From: Malacoraja senta
Taxonomy: Eukaryota
DNA: 64,000 bases
Direction of reading: 5' to 3'
Assembly: GCA_038087875.1 (NCBI GenBank)
Contig: CM075992.1
Span: 2,668,001 to 2,732,000 of the forward strand
A program made the position numbers and the translations under genes. The notes below the pieces were generated by a model. That model saw nothing but the letters and a program-made list of their open reading frames with translations. It was not told the DNA's origin and ran no database searches. Shown here piece after piece: positions 12,684 to 25,375 of this stretch (positions within the stretch are counted from its first letter, which is position 1; the number at the start of each line of letters is the position of its first letter).

Positions 12684-15600
12684 GAAACACTGAAAGCTTC
12701 CAACCAACCTTTGTCTTTCTTTATTATTCCCTCTGCTGCCCTCCTGATCAACCCTGCCCCCATCGATCACTCCCCAACAGAGGGCTGTTAACTGTTGCTA
12801 CAGCAGCAAAAGCGATGCCAAAGTTTGCACAGTCACCTCTCATGGATGGCAGAGAGTTTGTTCTTGGTGTTTGATCATGGCTGTCTGTTGGCTGGGATAT
12901 TGATACAGCACCCCGGAGTTCTTCAAACTGTGCCAAGACACGGAGCCCAAGACTTGATATTGTGTCTCAGTGCAAAGACTAAAATAATACCGGTCACATT
13001 TGTAGTACTGGAATCTCATTTACATCATTGCTTTTCAATGGAGATTTTGATGAATTGTAACCAAGAAGTGTGACTGAAAAAGACCTGCCGAAGGTCAACA
13101 TTTTTAACTCCTTCCAGGTATTCAGGGTGGGTGTATGAGTATCCTGATTTCAAGACAAGTGCAAGGACATATCGGCATACATCCTACACTTTGCTATCTT
13201 TTTCAGAGTTTAAATGCCATGGATAATTCAATCTTGGGAAATGCAGTTTGACTTTCCCTGTGAACAATGCCTGTGAGGCTTAAGGAAGCTTAAAAGATGT
13301 AATTTAGTGTCCAATATAATTTGCTGTGTCACACAACAAAACTGGTGCAGCGATGTTTATTTTCAGAACTATGCCAAGAATTCACCCTCTTACTTTTTAA
13401 TACTGTCAGTATTTGTGTCTTAAAAATGCTAGTATATATGTACTTTATATATTTTGATTTATGATATATAATGGACAACAATTCAATTTTGGGGCCTAGA
13501 GCTCCAAGGTTTACACTGTTGGGAATTGAAATTCGCCGCCATCTTCTCTAATATTAGTACTGTTGCATGCCTTTTCTGCACTATCTCTGCCAAATGAGGT
13601 TACCAAGCATCACGTTGGAGAAGGGGAACCCTCGTTTGTTCCCTTGCCAAGGTTGCGATATGGCTGACCGCTGAATGCAGAATCTATTTGTCTCCTCATT
13701 ATAACCCTGCATCGTGCTGCAGTCTAGAGTATATTCACAGATGCATCAGTGGCCTCATCGTGCTAAGGTTACATGAGCTGCAAGTTGAGAGAAGCCATGG
13801 AAGATCGATGAAGCCAGAAAACTCTTAAACAGAAGCAGAAGTCCCAACACCATGAGTCGACACAGGTGACTGAGGGTCTATAGACCTGTGAAGGGATTTA
13901 GCAGGCAGTCTGACCGGCACCACCTCCTGGGTTCTGGTACTGCACTTTTTACAGTGTATGCACACCGTTCCACAACCACAGTGTTCTATTAGTATTCAAA
14001 CACTTTATATCTTGCACTTCAATGAAAATATGGAAAGGCACTTCACAAATCATGTTAGTACAAACTGATAGTTGCACTTCGTATGATAAAAATGGAGTTG
14101 ATGATACTCATTGGGAAAGTTGGTTGAAATTGTTACTGGGCTTAGTTGTGATCTAGTTGTAAAATAGTGGAGCAGAGCATGGAGGAGGGTTCCTCCCGTG
14201 CTTTATCAATGTGGCCAGTGCTTAATGTAGCTTTGGGAATTCTCCAAGTTTGGCTGGTCGCCGTGTGGTTGCTCCTGACTGGCCTGTTGTTGATGGGCTG
14301 GCATGAACTCTGGTCTTCTGGGTGTGGATCTTCAGCAGAGTGCAACCAAGAATGGAGCTGGCACTCTGTAATTCCTTCAAAGAAGTTTAATCATTGAGCT
14401 TCAAATATCTTTCAACAGTTTGAGTTTAGTTTATTGTCACGTGTACTGAGGTACAGTGAAAAGCTTTTGTTATGTGCTGTCCAGTCAGCGGAAAGCCAAT
14501 TCATATTTTTGAAACTGAGTCCCGAGAATTTGTTTTTAATCTTTGTACCCCTGTGTGGTTTATCAGTCACTCCCAACACAGCTCAGGCATTGAAAGGATT
14601 TTTGAACAGCCTCTTAAATCAAGGCTGAATGACACCTACTATCATTCTCCAGGCTGATTAGCCAATTGGACTGGGAGGCTGCCCAGCCAAGGATGTCACG
14701 TCTGAAGAAGGGTTTCAAACCAAAACGTCACCTATTCCTTTTCTTCAGAGATGCTGCCTGACCCGCTCCAGCTTTTTGTGTCTTGCAAGGTGGACAATAT
14801 TCTGTGCGGAAAATCAGGTGAGGAACGAAAGTAAGATGGATGGCTTGTTCTCCACTTCTCCTCCCTTTGATGCATGTTGGCGATCATTTTGTAAACCGTG
14901 ACGTATGCACAAAACTGCTTACTGGAACAGCAGATGCTTCTCAATCTCACCTTGCGCCAGGGAAGTCTTCCACCATGCAATTCAAGAAAAAAGCAACAAA
15001 TGGTGGAATTACAGAGCAGACATTTTGTGTTGATCTTTAGCACAAAGAGAAGGAGCAGAGCCGCTGATCTTGTGCTCATTATCAAGGACACTTTGATTTG
15101 TTTTTACGACAGTGACTTATTTGTGAGGACAATGAGCTGAACTCTGCAGCGCAAGACGGCACGCCAGTTAGAAACTTGCTACGGTTTCCGAATAATTTGC
15201 ATTTATATACTATCTCCTGTATAAAGCAAGTCACCGGTTGTTCAACAAGAACTTGATTGTGAAGCATTTGAACTGGACAAAAAAAAAAAAGGCTTGAAAA
15301 TCACCAAAGATATAGAAAACTCAAAATACCTTGTGACATGCAGTTTGTTTTTAATTGGCTGTACCATTATATTTGGGGATTGATTGTCAGTGATGGGAAT
15401 AATGTATGTCATGTCGTATTGCACAAGAACCTGGTCAATATACTATTTAAAACTGTGATTATTTCAAGTTCAGGTTGAGCGCGGCATGAACTAGTTTGGA
15501 ATACTGTGTGTGGAAGGCTCTGTGTGCACAGATTTGCACTTTGTAAAGGAATGGGGCGAGTGAGTCCTTGGTCCGTGGTGGGTGGGCCAGGCCGGGCTGG

Positions 15601-16291
15601 ACCTACTGGCCAGCTCCTCCGTCTAATTGCCCACAAGGAGTTTCACCACCTGAGCCCTCGGATACGTGGTTCACTGTTGCCACGGTGTCATTGAGGAGGG
15701 TGCTCCAGGACTTTGGCTCAGTGATGTGTAAAGGGCAGATTCCCAGTTCAAAATGGTGGGCAACATGTAAAGGGTGGCCTCACCCTGCTGCCTGGCAAGT
15801 TCCTGCAGTGCATCTACTGTTGCTTGTTTGGCTTCACTCCAGACTATGGTTTTTTTTTAGAGAAGAAGCTGCTCTGCGACGTGAGGAACTCCTCGTGTGC
15901 ACTTGTCATTGCTTTCCCTAATGTGTAAATCTCCACTCAGCTCTCAGAGCTTTGACCCGCACCCTGTACTTATGGGAAGCATTGATATTTCACCAGATGG
16001 TTATGGGTTTCACATGGCTAGCCAAACATCGAATATCTGTGTATGTGACAATGTTGTAAATGGGTAGCACAGCTGGGTTATTTTATTATGCAGCAGGTTA
16101 AATGATCTTGCCAATATTTAGGATAACGGGGCTTGAATTTAAGATGGATGTGGGTTTAGGTTATCTGCAGATATTGCTTGTCCAGCCTTAATTGGAGCAC
16201 GTACCAATTCATGTCATTTATCATGCAATTACTTTATTTTATTCTGATAACCATATTGTGTTTTTGCATTGTAATTATTCCTTCTGAAAAT

Positions 16292-16297
16292 AATAAA
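16292..16297 (+). terminator. Probable TYK2 polyadenylation signal
   Basis: AATAAA in an AT-rich context followed by a GT/T-rich tract; repeat density rises just downstream. Confidence 0.6.
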
Positions 16298-16477
16298 TAT
16301 TCATTGTCAATGTCTGTTGTTGCTTGTTCGTTCATCTTTGTAGCGTAAATGCTATTTCAGCAAGCGGTAAACCAAACTGACTGACGCTTGGCCAGTGTTT
16401 ATGTAACCTCACATCCCTCTCATTGTTGGAGGGATAGGACAAAGGGAGCACTCGGAGAGTGCCGCGCTGTGGAGGAG

Positions 16478-17100
16478 TTCAAGTGAGTTTATTGTCATAG
16501 GACAATGAAATTCTTGCTTTGCTTCAGCACAACAGAACATAGTAGGCATTGACTACACAACAGATCAGTGAGTCCATATATAAATATATACACACATGAA
16601 TAAATAAAGTGCAAATAACAGATAATGAGCTATTAATGTTCATAGTTTTGTCCGAGCCAAGTTTAATAGCCTGATGGCTGTGGGGAAGTAGCTATTCCTG
16701 AACCTGGTCATTGCAGTCGTCAGGCTCCTGTACCTCCTACCTGAAGGTAGCAGGGAGATGAGTGTGTGGCCAGGATGGTGTGGGTCCTTGATGATACTGC
16801 CAGCCTTTTTGAGGCAGCGACTGTGATTGACCTCCCTTCCATCGAGGGGATCTGAGCCGATGATGGACTGGGCAGTGTTTACTACTCTTTGTAGTCTTTT
16901 CATATCCATGGCGCTCAAGTTGCCGAACCAAGCCACGATACAACCGGTCAGCATGCTCTCTACTGTGCACCTGTAGAAGTTAGAGAGAGTCCTCCATGAC
17001 AAACCAACTCTCCGTAATCTTCTCAGGAAGTAGAGGCGCTGATGTGCTTTCTTAATAGTAGCATCAGTGTTCTCGGACCAGGAAAGATCTTCAGAGATGT
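16478..17100 (-). mobile_element. Rex1/Babar LINE 3' fragment
   Basis: ORF 16640-17002: FYRCTVES..AWFGN..LLPSGRRYRS..FPTAIRLLN. Confidence 0.88.
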
Positions 17101-18454
17101 TCAGGGGGTATTAAATCAACCCATTTGCGCTATTAGTTTGAGTTTAGTTTATTGTCATGTGTACTGAGGTACTGTGAAATGTTATGGTGTGGTAAACAGT
17201 CAGCTGAAAGACAATACATGGTTACAGTTGAGCCATCCACTGTGTACAGATGCATGATAACAGGAATAGCCATCCACGGTGTACAGATAAAGTGCAAAGG
17301 TTTCCCCTGAGAACCAGGTACCAGTATTATCCCTCGCACACCCATTAAAAGATTTTTTTTTAAATTTCAAAAAGACGTTATTCAATTAATAAATATGTAC
17401 AATACATGAACCGTACAAAAAATTCATCCGACATTTTCGGAGGCTATACAAACATTCAATACTGTTTTCACAAATTTATCCCCCACTGGCGTGGAACCCC
17501 TTCCCTTATTTTTGAGGGGCGTCTCCACCACACCCTGACACCCCCCCCCCCCATGTCCAGCAGCGGAAGGACCATAGACCATTAAAAGATTGAGCAAAAT
17601 ACATAGTACTGAGGTAACTCAGCAGGTTAGGCAGCATCTGTGGAGGTGATGGTACACAAAAATGCTGGAGAAACTCAGCGGGTGCAGCAGCATCTATGGA
17701 GCGAAGGAAATAGGCAACGTTTCGGGCCGAACCCCTTCTTCAGAGGTGATGTTTTAGGCTAGGACTCTCCTTTGGAGTAGAGCAGGGGGGGAAAAAGAGA
17801 GGAGAGGGGCGGGCAAAACAGTTACAGGCGGAAAGGTGGGGGGGGGGGGAAGAGGGTGACTGGCAGAGGAGTGGGGTAATTGGCAGGCTAGAGGTAAGGA
17901 GACAAAAGATGTTACATAAGGAGTGGAGTGAAATGTAGTCGGAGGGAGGGGTGTAGGTGAAAGAGGCCAGGGGAGTGGAACATGTTTTTGTTTAGACTTT
18001 TAGAGATACAGCGCAAAAACAGGCCCTTCGGCTCCGTGAGTCCGTGCCGACGTCGCAGCGATCACTGCACACTATGCTACACACTTTGGATAATTTACAA
18101 TTTCACCAAAGCCAAATAACCAACAAACCTGTACGTCTTTGGATGGAAAAATGAACACCCGGAGAAAACCCACACGATGACTCGATACAAACTCCACACA
18201 GACATTACCCACAGCCAGGATCGAACCTGGATCTCTGGCGCTGTAAGGCGAGTTTTGTTTATTATTGTCACGTGTACTGAAGTACGGAATAAATCTGCTA
18301 TTTATTTGTGTGCTATCCATTTAAAAAGACTATACATGAATACAATCAAGCTGTCCACAGCAGGAGCTCCTCTAGTATATTTGGTCTACAGGGCACAGAC
18401 AAAGAGTATGTATCAACTTCCATGTGACAAGGTCTTGTATCCAATTGATGCCCA

Positions 18455-18604
18455 TCAAATGTCGCGAGATTTGCCCATACCGGAAGGATGTCTGGACCCT
18501 CAACTAATCAGCGCCCGTCTTACTCACAGGTGGGTCACGACGTAACCTCAAACCGTTCAGCCAATGACAAGCGGTGGTCCTGTTGCTAATCCAAGATGGC
18601 GGCG
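18455..18604 (+). promoter_or_regulatory. RAVER1 proximal promoter at the edge of a CpG island
   Basis: TCGCGAGA motif at ~18462-18469; CCGGAAG (ETS-like) at ~18480; CCAAT box 18561-18565; YY1 motif AAGATGGCGGC overlapping the ATG; CpG-rich 18.5-19.2 kb. Confidence 0.65.
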
Positions 18605-18919
18605 ACCGTTACTCCGCCGGCGAGCGAATTGAGGGAAAAGAATGAAAATAAGGAAAGTAACCGCGGAGGAGAAGAGGAGGAGGAAGAGGAAGACTTCTCG
18701 GAGGGAGAGCAGTGGTCCAGCCCGGGCCTGGGGTCCGACGGGGGGAAGTCGGACCTGCTGGAAGAAGAGGAGGCCGCGTCGCATCCACGGACTCCCGAGG
18801 AGACGCTGGCCGAGCTGGAGGCCGAGGAGCGGGAGCAGCGGCTGGAGCGGAGCCGCCGCGAGTTCCGCAACCGGCGCAAGATCATCATCAGGAACCTGCC
18901 GTTGGACATCATTACCCAG
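18596..18919 (+). CDS. RAVER1: RAVER1 exon 1 (acidic N-terminus, start of RRM1: FRNRRKIIIRNLP)
   Basis: Strong Kozak AAGATGG; RLE...EFRNRRKI signature; CAG|gtgag donor. Confidence 0.93.
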
Positions 18920-19294
18920 GTGAGATGGGGTGGAGGGTGGAGAGGGGCAGGCGGTGGGGGTGTGAGGCCCAGGGTGTGAGGCCGCAGCGCTCGACATGGC
19001 GGCGGCGTCGTCGTCGTCGTCAACCCGGCCCGGCCCCAGGCCGCGCTCACCCGGATGTTAGCTGTCAATCAAAGCCCGGCTGGGCAGGGCTGGCGTCACA
19101 GCGCGGTCTCTGCAGACCAACGCCGAGTGCGGCCCTTTGTTCCCCGGTCTGCCCCCGCAAAGTAGCTGCGGGTGAAACGTGCAGACAAGACGCTGCTTAG
19201 TTGATGTGCAAAAAACCCGCAGCTTCTCTGGATAAGGAAGGAATGAGAATAAAATCGACCCGACGCTGGTTTGCATCCATTTTTTTTTTTGCTT

Positions 19295-19412
19295 AACTCC
19301 ACCCTCCGCCACCTCCAGTTTAAATTCCATTTGGAATATTTTGGAGAACCAAGAACTCCACCCTCCGCCACCTCCAGTTTAATCTCCATTTGGGATATTT
19401 TGGAGCTCCAAG
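19295..19412. repeat. 59-bp tandem duplication (2 copies)
   Basis: AACTCCACCCTCCGCCACCTCCAGTTTAA... at 19295 and 19354. Confidence 0.9.
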
Positions 19413-19427
19413 AACCAAAAACAAAAA

Positions 19428-19542
19428 GGTAGACAAAAGTGCTGGAGGAACTCAGCGGGTGCAGCAGCATGATTTCCCGCTGAGTTTCTCCAGCACTTTT
19501 GTCTACCTTCGATTTTCCAGCATCTGTAGTTCCTTCTTAAGC
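19428..19542 (+). mobile_element. Penelope-derived fold-back mini-element
   Basis: ~32-bp inverted arms plus a 3' tail; 14-bp TSD ACCAAAAACAAAAA at 19414-19427 and 19543-19556. Confidence 0.75.
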
Positions 19543-21956
19543 ACCAAAAACAAAAATGCCGCTCCAGCATTTTGAGTCTATCTTTGTTCCTTTAACTCGG
19601 CGACGTGACACGATTGCTATTTTATTAACATTGCAATTAAAAAAACTTATTTTTTCAATTGTTGGTCTGAAGAAGGGTCTCTACCAGAAACGTCACCCAT
19701 TCCTTCTCTCCAGAGAAGCTGCTTCGTCCCGCTGAGTTACTCCAGTATTTTGTGCCTATCTTCGGTGTAAACCAGCACCTGCAGTTCCTTTCCACACATC
19801 TGTAGTTCCTTCCTACACATTGCTATCATCATTTCTGAGTGGTGCGCTTTTAAATGTGTGATTTATTTGTAGGAAGTGGCACAAATAATTTTTTTGCCCA
19901 CGGCAAGTTTCACCAAACTAAGTGTGAGGAAATAGTCCCAACCCGAAACGTCACTCGTTCCTTCTCCCCAGAGATGCTGCTTAACCCAATGAGTTACTCC
20001 AGCATTTTCTGTTTGCGATTAATGTTTAAGCAAGTTGTTACACGTAAATACTTGATCTGAAAATCTGAAGTATTTCACTTAAAGTTAGCTCAGTGGTATT
20101 CGGTATGTCCGCCCTGGAGAATAAATGAGATCTTGTTTCGTGATCTTAATAGAAAGACTCCAACCATTTAATTGTACCTCAATTTTTTTGTGTTCGAAGT
20201 GCGACTTGAATCCAGTCTGATTCAGAAGGAAGTGAGTCACAGCTGACAATAAACTCTTCAGTTGTATGTAAAGTTCTTTGCAACCATGTGTGATTTGTTG
20301 GAGTACAGAGGCAAATAAATTGTGGAGTACAGAGGCAAATAAATAAATGATGGGTCTTTGTCCCAAACATTATGGAAGGCACTATATCTGTCTTGTAATT
20401 GCCTGAGTATTGTGCCATGCCACTTTACTGGGCATAGGCCACTTTACTATCTGGGTACTGGGCCACTTTACTATCCACAGAACTTTCTGAATGTCCTTCC
20501 ACTACCTCAACTCTTTCCTTCAAATGTTGCAAACCATGCAATTCTTTTAATATCGTCTCCGGTCGCCATTGCAAATTTCTCTCCCACTTCCTCAATCAAG
20601 TACTCACTGGGAAACACATTGTATAAATTCAATTTGTATCCACATGTTGAACTGTATCAATATGTAGACATCCGTTTGTACATTTTTCTGGCAAAATCTT
20701 TGAGTGAATGTTACTTACTTTTGTGTGATTTATCAGATAAAAACTTGTCGGCTTCCCTTTCCACTTCATCACTGCAAGGAGGTGGTGGGATAAGCATGAA
20801 TAAATTACTTGCAGTTCAGTAAGGTCAATCTGTGTTGATTTAACTGATCTTGGATGAGGCAAGAAATGGTACGGGTGGGAAAACTTCTTTTTGGGGAAAG
20901 TAAGGAGAAATAAAAACAGAAGATGCTGGGAACCTCAGCAGGGCAGGTGGCATCTGTAGAAAGAGAGAGTTTTTTTTACTTAAGCTGTTAACTCTTCTTC
21001 CAGACACACTGCCTGACCTGAGTGCTTAGCACTTTCTATTTTTTGGTTTAGATTTCTAGCATGTGCAGGGTTGGTTTTATTTTTCGAAGTGGGGTGACAG
21101 ATTGTACGACAGTCAGTGTCACAATGTGGATACAATATGGGGAGAAGGCAGGAAAATGTGATTAGGAGGCAGAGATCGGCCATGATTGAATGGTGATATA
21201 GACTTGATTGGTCTAATGGCCTAATTCTACTCCTATAATTTGTAGACAGAAATGTTTTGGGGTTGATTCAGGTGAAATTCTTGTAAGGAGGACTGGTACT
21301 GGCGAGCCTCATATATAAGGAGTACAAATGAAGCAGAAATGCCTTCACAATCAGTTACTTGAGGAATAATTGCATAATAATCTTGTTCTATTGTGTAATC
21401 ACTGATCACCTATAGGATGTATTCAGGTACACAATACCGCTACCACCATCCAACTGTTCTAATGAAACTTTGAAGATAAATGTCAGATCGGCACCTGCCA
21501 AAGTCAATGAACAAATTTTTTTTTTCTTGTCAATCAATCTCCTCCCTCAGAATTGTATTTAATAGTCTATCCAACATGCCATTCCTCAAACGTGTTTTGA
21601 TTGGCTATTTGACAGTGCAAACAATCCAGATTCTAGTCACCTCTGGCATTTACATTCTTGTAAATATAGTGAGTGTTCCAGAAATCTCCTTGTGTTTCCT
21701 GTTGGAAAGAACTGAGGGTAAATTTGACAGTCGCTCACTCACCAGAGCCTGATCCCTATGGCTTGGCAATGTGCCAGCTGATGCTGCAAAGTATAGGGAA
21801 GAGTCCTCGGCAACATTTACTTTAGTTTATGCATTAAATATATTCATGAGTAAGAAATGTTGAATTTACAAAGATAAGTTGGTCATGCCATACTTGGAAG
21901 AGTTTGCAGTCTGAGCTGTCTCATTTCTAGTCAGTATTGTATACTGGGCTGATGTA

Positions 21957-22192
21957 CAGTGCCCTCCATAATGTTTGGGACAAAGTCCCATGATTTATTT
22001 ATTTTTCTCTGTACTCCACAATTTGAGATTTGTAATAGAAAAATCACATGTGATTAAAGTGCACATTGTCAGACTTTATTAAAGGCAATTTTTATACATT
22101 TTGGTTTCACCATGAAGAAATTACAGCTGTGTTTAAACTGAGGCAAATAAATAAATGACGGGTCTTTGTCCCAAACATTATGGAGGGCACTG
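21957..22192. mobile_element. Tc1/mariner-type MITE
   Basis: TIRs CAGTGCCCTCCATAATGTTTGGGACAAAG and its reverse complement, flanked by TA on both sides; a lone arm of the same family at ~20300-20384. Confidence 0.9.
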
Positions 22193-22693
22193 TATCACTA
22201 CAGCAAATCTTTGTGTGAATGATGAAGAATGGGGGAGCGAGAGAGACCTGAAGAATTTTAGAAATGGTTTATTTTATCACTCCTACGAAGCATGATTTAA
22301 TGTCATATAAGGTTTTCACACTTCAGAGGACGAGAGATTGAACATTGGGAGAGGGTTTGAAAGTAATCGTTAAACGACATGGAAAAAATTAAATCTTTAC
22401 ATAACAACATACAAGCGCAATGTTTCATCACGAGTGCTTATTGTGGTTCAATCTATGAAGGTTATTGGAAGTTGCTGTGCCTCCACTTGATGAGCTGACA
22501 TCAGGCTAGTGGAACAAATTGGAATTCACTGGATTGTCAAGTAGCATCTCACTTTTTAAAAGTGCAATAGTTTTTGATAACTTTGCTTAATGTTGGGAAA
22601 TGTGTTGAATGTATATCAAAAACCTTCAGCGCAGAAGGTTTTTCTTAATCTTAACTTTAATTTTTTAAATAATTCCTCTGACTTGTTTTACAG

Positions 22694-22760
22694 GAAGTCT
22701 ATGAATTGCTGAGTGAGTATGATCTAAAATACTGCTTCGTGGACAAGTACAAAGGCACAG
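22694..22760 (+). CDS. RAVER1: RAVER1 exon 2, [22 protein letters not shown]
   Basis: ttacag acceptor and G|gtaag donor; [11 protein letters not shown] signature. Confidence 0.95.
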
Positions 22761-23466
22761 GTAAGTGTCCTTGATTATCTCCTTCATGCCCAGATTTCAA
22801 TGAAGACTCAGAACTAAAATCTGACTGTAAATAGTAAACTGCCTGAGGTGATTTTGTGCTATATGCCAGGGAGGAATGGACTTGCCCACATGTGAATCCT
22901 AGTCTTGGATTTTAATGAAGCTGGAGAGAAGTACTAAAACAAGCATAAAAAATAAGTGCAGGAGTAGGCCATTTGGCCCTACGAGCCAGCACCGCCATTC
23001 AATATGATCATGGCTGATCATCCAGAATCAGTACCCTGTTCTTGCTTTTTCCCCATATCCCTTGATTCTGTTCATCCCTCTCTGGTACATTATAATAACC
23101 TCCGAATTCTTTTATTAATAAACCTGAAAACTGTATCATTCTTTGTAAACTTTAGTTTTGGATATGTCTGAATATATTCTTTTAATTAATACATATAATT
23201 TATATTTTCTAATGTGTACTTGAGTAATAATCTAGAACAATGTTGCCCTTTTATACTTTTGTCAAACTCAATAAGGTTTCGCTTAAACAACTATCTACAG
23301 GTGAACAATGTTCAGCTTTTACCTCACTCTCCACTCCAACAGCCTTCCATGCAAACTAAAGACTTGAACCATTCCTATATATCCTTGACTCCATTCACCG
23401 AGAAACCATTAGAAAGCCCTTTGGAGTTGTATTGTATTAACAATTTGTTTTCTTGTTTATTTCTAG

Positions 23467-23936
23467 CCTTTGTCACGCTCTTAAACAGGGACCAAGCAAA
23501 CTCTGCCATTGAGAAACTTCATCAGTCCACATTGCGAGACCGAGAGATTTCAGTCCAGCTGCAGCCTACCGATGCTCTGCTGTGCATTGCAAATCTGCCA
23601 CGCTCCTTCACTCAGCAGCAATTTGAGGAGCTAGTGCGGCCTTTTGGGAACCTGGAAAGATGCTTTCTTGTGTACAGCGAGGTCTCTGGACACTCTAAAG
23701 GCTATGGTTTTGTAGAATACATGAAGAAGGACTCTGCTGCCCGTGCTAAATCGGAGCTGCTGGGAAAGCAGATGAGTACGCGAACCCTCTATGTTCACTG
23801 GACAGATGTGAACCAACTAACTTTTGATCTTACGCATTCTAAGTGCCTGTGTGTAGACAAACTACCACATGATTACAAAGACCTGGAGGGACTCGGTCAA
23901 AACTTCAGCAGTCTCCATCAACCAGCCTACTGTCAG
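23467..23936 (+). CDS. RAVER1: RAVER1 exon 3 (end of RRM1, RRM2, start of RRM3)
   Basis: ttctag acceptor and CAG|gtatg donor; [40 protein letters not shown]. Confidence 0.97.
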
Positions 23937-25375
23937 GTATGATCAATAGTCATGGGATGCAGGCATTCTTAAAGTCTAGGATGATTGCAAGGGCATCCTA
24001 TTCTCCATTATTAATGCCCAGCATTCTGTGCAGCAAAGGCTTGCTTAGTTTTACTTCAATTATTTATTTGTAAGTTTTCAGCCTTTTTAATTGTACAGAT
24101 GCAGCAGTGGATAGTTGTCTTCTGCTTTTGTTTCTATTCTAGTGCCGTTGCTTGAGGTAGTAAAACTAATGACTGGGCCGTTTAATATGATCTTAGCCTA
24201 TCTCCAACATCTGATTCCCTTCGTGCCTCAAACTTCTCATGATATTGCCCTTAAATGAGCACCCAAAGCAGTTTGGAGTATAAAATGGAAAGGCTCTGAC
24301 GTCAATAAATATTATTGAATCCTGGGACTATTTGCCCTATCTGTACATTTAATTGAGGTTATCTCTCATTTTGTAAACAACAGTGAGTAAGGCCTGTATG
24401 ATTTAATTTCTCCTCGTGGGTGAGACAAATTTCCATCTTAAATTGATCAATTTCGGCTGCCTTGGTTTTTTTTAGAAAAAAAAATTGATGAATCTTAGTC
24501 TTAAGGAAGAGGAACATCCTGAATGTAATAATGATTAGGATGATCTAATTTGCAGCACAAAATTGAAGCCATTGCAAATTGCAGTAGACATTTTGAAATT
24601 GTGTCTCTGGAGATAGAAAGGATACATGCTGGATATTCTAGTCCAATAAATGTTGGTATTCATCAGAGGAGATGGCAGCGTTAGGTCTTTCATCATTCCT
24701 TGGCAGTTGAACTGAAGAAAATAAGGAATGATACTGAAGTAATGAACAGGGCATGAAAAGACTGCTAAACCAGCACAATTTTTTTTACTAGGACTACAAC
24801 TTCAATAGGTAGATTAGTTGGTGCGGTCTGGATGCGATATGATAGACTTGGTGCAGGCATCCGATTAATTTGTTTTCTAGCATAAAAATGTAATCAAATG
24901 CTGGTTTATGTTGTGTGATTGATGCAGCAGGAACACTTTCATTCTCATTTCCAATAAATTAGTGACTTTTCATGTGTTGATTTTACAGCAGTTATTACAA
25001 ATCTGACTTGTGAAATGCTGTACTGGGTTACACAGCTGGCTGCTGCTAATTCTGTTTTGTTTTCTGCTATTTTAAAGATTAATTTCCACCTATTTGCAAA
25101 AGATCACTAAGTGCTCTCAAAATGACTTTATATTAATTTTAATTGTGTGTTGGTTCTTTGCCAGATAAAAGTCAGCTTGCTCCATGCACAGCATGCTGAA
25201 TTCTTCCTTTGTAAATTCAGAATGTGAATCGGTATTCGCCACCACTGACTCTGCATTCATATGATGAGGAACATCTGCTAAATCTTCACAATATTATAAT
25301 ATATGCCGTACATTTAGCATTAAGTAATAGAATTAATAAAGGTGCAGCTTTGGAGATAAGGAAAGACTGCACCAG

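Noticed and set aside
13534..13545. Reverse YY1-like motif CGCCGCCATCTT in the TYK2 3'UTR
   Set aside because: Isolated, with no CpG island or other promoter signals
18557..19200. Antisense and alternate-frame ORFs over RAVER1 exon 1
   Set aside because: By-products of the CpG island and Glu-repeat codons
23214..23466. Upstream part of the 242-aa ORF
   Set aside because: Intronic read-through; homology starts at the acceptor at 23467
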